Positions 35,038 to 36,171 of a stretch of DNA of 36,171 nucleotides are shown piece after piece. A program made the translations under genes and the position numbers. The notes beneath the pieces are model-generated. The model saw nothing but the letters and a program-made list of their open reading frames with translations. It did no database searches and was not told the origin of the DNA. The DNA comes from a virus. Lineage: Duplodnaviria > Caudoviricetes. Position 1 is the stretch's first letter. The number at the start of each line of letters is the position of its first letter. Location: the IMG/VR virus record IMGVR_UViG_3300037424_000401, positions 1-36,171 of that record; one strand, given 5' to 3'.

Positions 35038-35698
35038 AGATAGGCTGGTCTTTGGCTGCATAGTAGTTATCGAATTTAGTCTTCCCAAAGAGTGTTTCAG
35101 GGCGCAGGTACTCCTCCATCTTGGTAGCCTTCCAAAGCCTGGTCATGCGATGGATCATGATCCTAACTCCGTCAGCACTTACTCCTGACTCAATTAACCT
35201 GGCAGAGATCAAGGCCAGGTTAGGATCAGTATCACGGAACTTCTTCCCAGAGCATTCATTTAGATAAGCCAGCACAGAGCGAGCATCTACATGGTACTGC
35301 CTTTGAACTGGCTCCACATCCAGCTTAAACTGTTTCTGACCATCCCGGTACTTGGCCTGGGCTTCTCTATTGTATTCACGTACAAGAGCAGCCTTGGCCT
35401 TAGCCCTGTAAATCTCCCAGTTAAGGATCTTCCAGCCACCTTCAACCCGGACGATTCTTCTACCTTCATTAGCCTGAGTAAGCGTGTCCGAATCCGGTGA
35501 GGAGAGAACCTTCAAGGCATCCTCCGCCTCTTCCCGTGAAATTCTTGCAAGGGCTGAAAGACCCCCTACAGTGCAGGCCGCTACCCCGAACTTGTCCGCT
35601 ATCGCAAGCATGGTAATCCAGGCAATCCTGACGTGGTTCTGAGCGCTCCAAACACTTGATCCTACAATCTGTTGAAACAGTGGTGTCCATCCTGTCAT
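34943..35698 (-). CDS. Phage replication initiator with conserved phage C-terminal domain (Phg_2220_C-like)
   Basis: N-terminal HTH-like region (LSALARISREEAEDALKVL), VLAYLNECSGKKFR and MEEYLRPETLFGKTKFDNY; directly upstream of and overlapping the DnaC-like gene. Confidence 0.85.
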   Translation of the reverse strand: MTGWTPLFQQIVGSSVWSAQNHVRIAWITMLAIADKFGVAACTVGGLSALARISREEAEDALKVLSSPDSDTLTQANEGRRIVRVEGGWKILNWEIYRAKAKAALVREYNREAQAKYRDGQKQFKLDVEPVQRQYHVDARSVLAYLNECSGKKFRDTDPNLALISARLIESGVSADGVRIMIHRMTRLWKATKMEEYLRPETLFGKTKFDNYYAAKDQPIYDANDKPKPATSTTGWGEQGATPGDPDLPGL

Positions 35699-35745
35699 AG
35701 GGCTGGTTTTAGGTTGGTTCTGGTTAAGTTTTGGCGATGGTTTTG

Positions 35746-35775
35746 AGGGTGGCTAAAAAGGGCGCTAGGTGTCAA
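35746..35775 (-). promoter_or_regulatory. Possible sigma70-type promoter for the replication block
   Basis: Perfect TTGACA (35775-35770), 18-nt spacer, weak -10 CACCCT. Confidence 0.3.
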
Positions 35776-36171
35776 GGTTTTTCCATGACTAAAATCGATG
35801 TCATGTAATTGTCTATAGACCAACTATGCACCCTTGCTTTGCTATGCTTTGGATCTGGGTTTGTTTCTTCTTTTCCTAAGAGTGGGGTTCCGGGGCGAGA
35901 ACCAGCTTTTCTTCTTTCTCAAAGCCTCCCGGGTGAGCGCAGCGAACCCACGTGGCATTGAGGATTGCCGGGTTTTTCCGTTTTCAAGGCTTGTGGCGAA
36001 TACTTCGCCTTGAGCTGCCGGAGGCGCTAGGAGGCGTTTTGAGGGGTTGGACCATGTGTGGACATGGTTGGGGTGGTCAAAATCGATCCTGGGGCATCCT
36101 GGTGAGAAGTGGGCGGGGCCGTAGTAGAGAACGCATCCCGGTAGGGGGCGAACCGCAGGTGGCGGCATCCC

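Larger units (their letters stand above)
1..36171. mobile_element. Tailed phage (podovirus-like) genome segment or prophage; ends not in window
   Basis: TerL motifs, portal-scaffold-capsid synteny, tail collar and Mtd_N domains, ejection-type proteins, and a phage replication initiator with DnaC-like loader. No sheath, tube or tape-measure genes recognised and no cellular housekeeping genes. Confidence 0.95.

Noticed and set aside
35842-36168. 108-aa minus-strand ORF
   Set aside because: Pro/Arg-rich, no motif or credible leader, and at the window edge; not supportable as a gene.
1-36171. Stop-codon reassignment, tRNAs, CRISPR array, introns or inteins
   Set aside because: Standard-code ORFs tile the window with tight overlaps and all three stops are used; no cloverleaf, spaced repeats, or intein/homing endonuclease motifs were noticed by eye.

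Overview
The whole 36-kb window is one tailed-phage (Caudoviricetes, podovirus-like) genome segment. I see no host genes, rRNA, tRNA, CRISPR array or integrase. The minus strand (29462 to 1) carries a tightly coupled virion module: portal, scaffold, major capsid, adaptor, tail-collar protein, a LamG/Ig-decorated nozzle-like protein that appears split into two genes, a collagen-like protein, a 1271-aa Ser/Ala-rich Mtd_N-type fibre, and three Cys-free ejection-type proteins, one of them 2370 aa. Glycan-modifying genes are interleaved with these (GT8-like, GT2-like, a DUF115-methyltransferase fusion, and a possible radical SAM start at the left edge). The large terminase is on the plus strand, head-to-head with the virion operon. 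An antisense NRS/ER-type rhamnose epimerase/reductase gene overlaps both of its neighbours. Small plus-strand genes and a minus-strand replication block (initiator, DnaC-like loader, MazG-like) follow. A C-terminal 'LESSNDL..W...FYR' domain suggests a Verrucomicrobiota host (inference). The strongest leads are a candidate virion glycosylation system, a small basic gene nested out of frame in the giant ejection gene, the split nozzle gene, a candidate -1 frameshift after the capsid gene, a hairpin abutting the capsid ATG, and an anti-SD-loop RNA. All family calls rest on motif recognition and synteny by eye; no searches were run.
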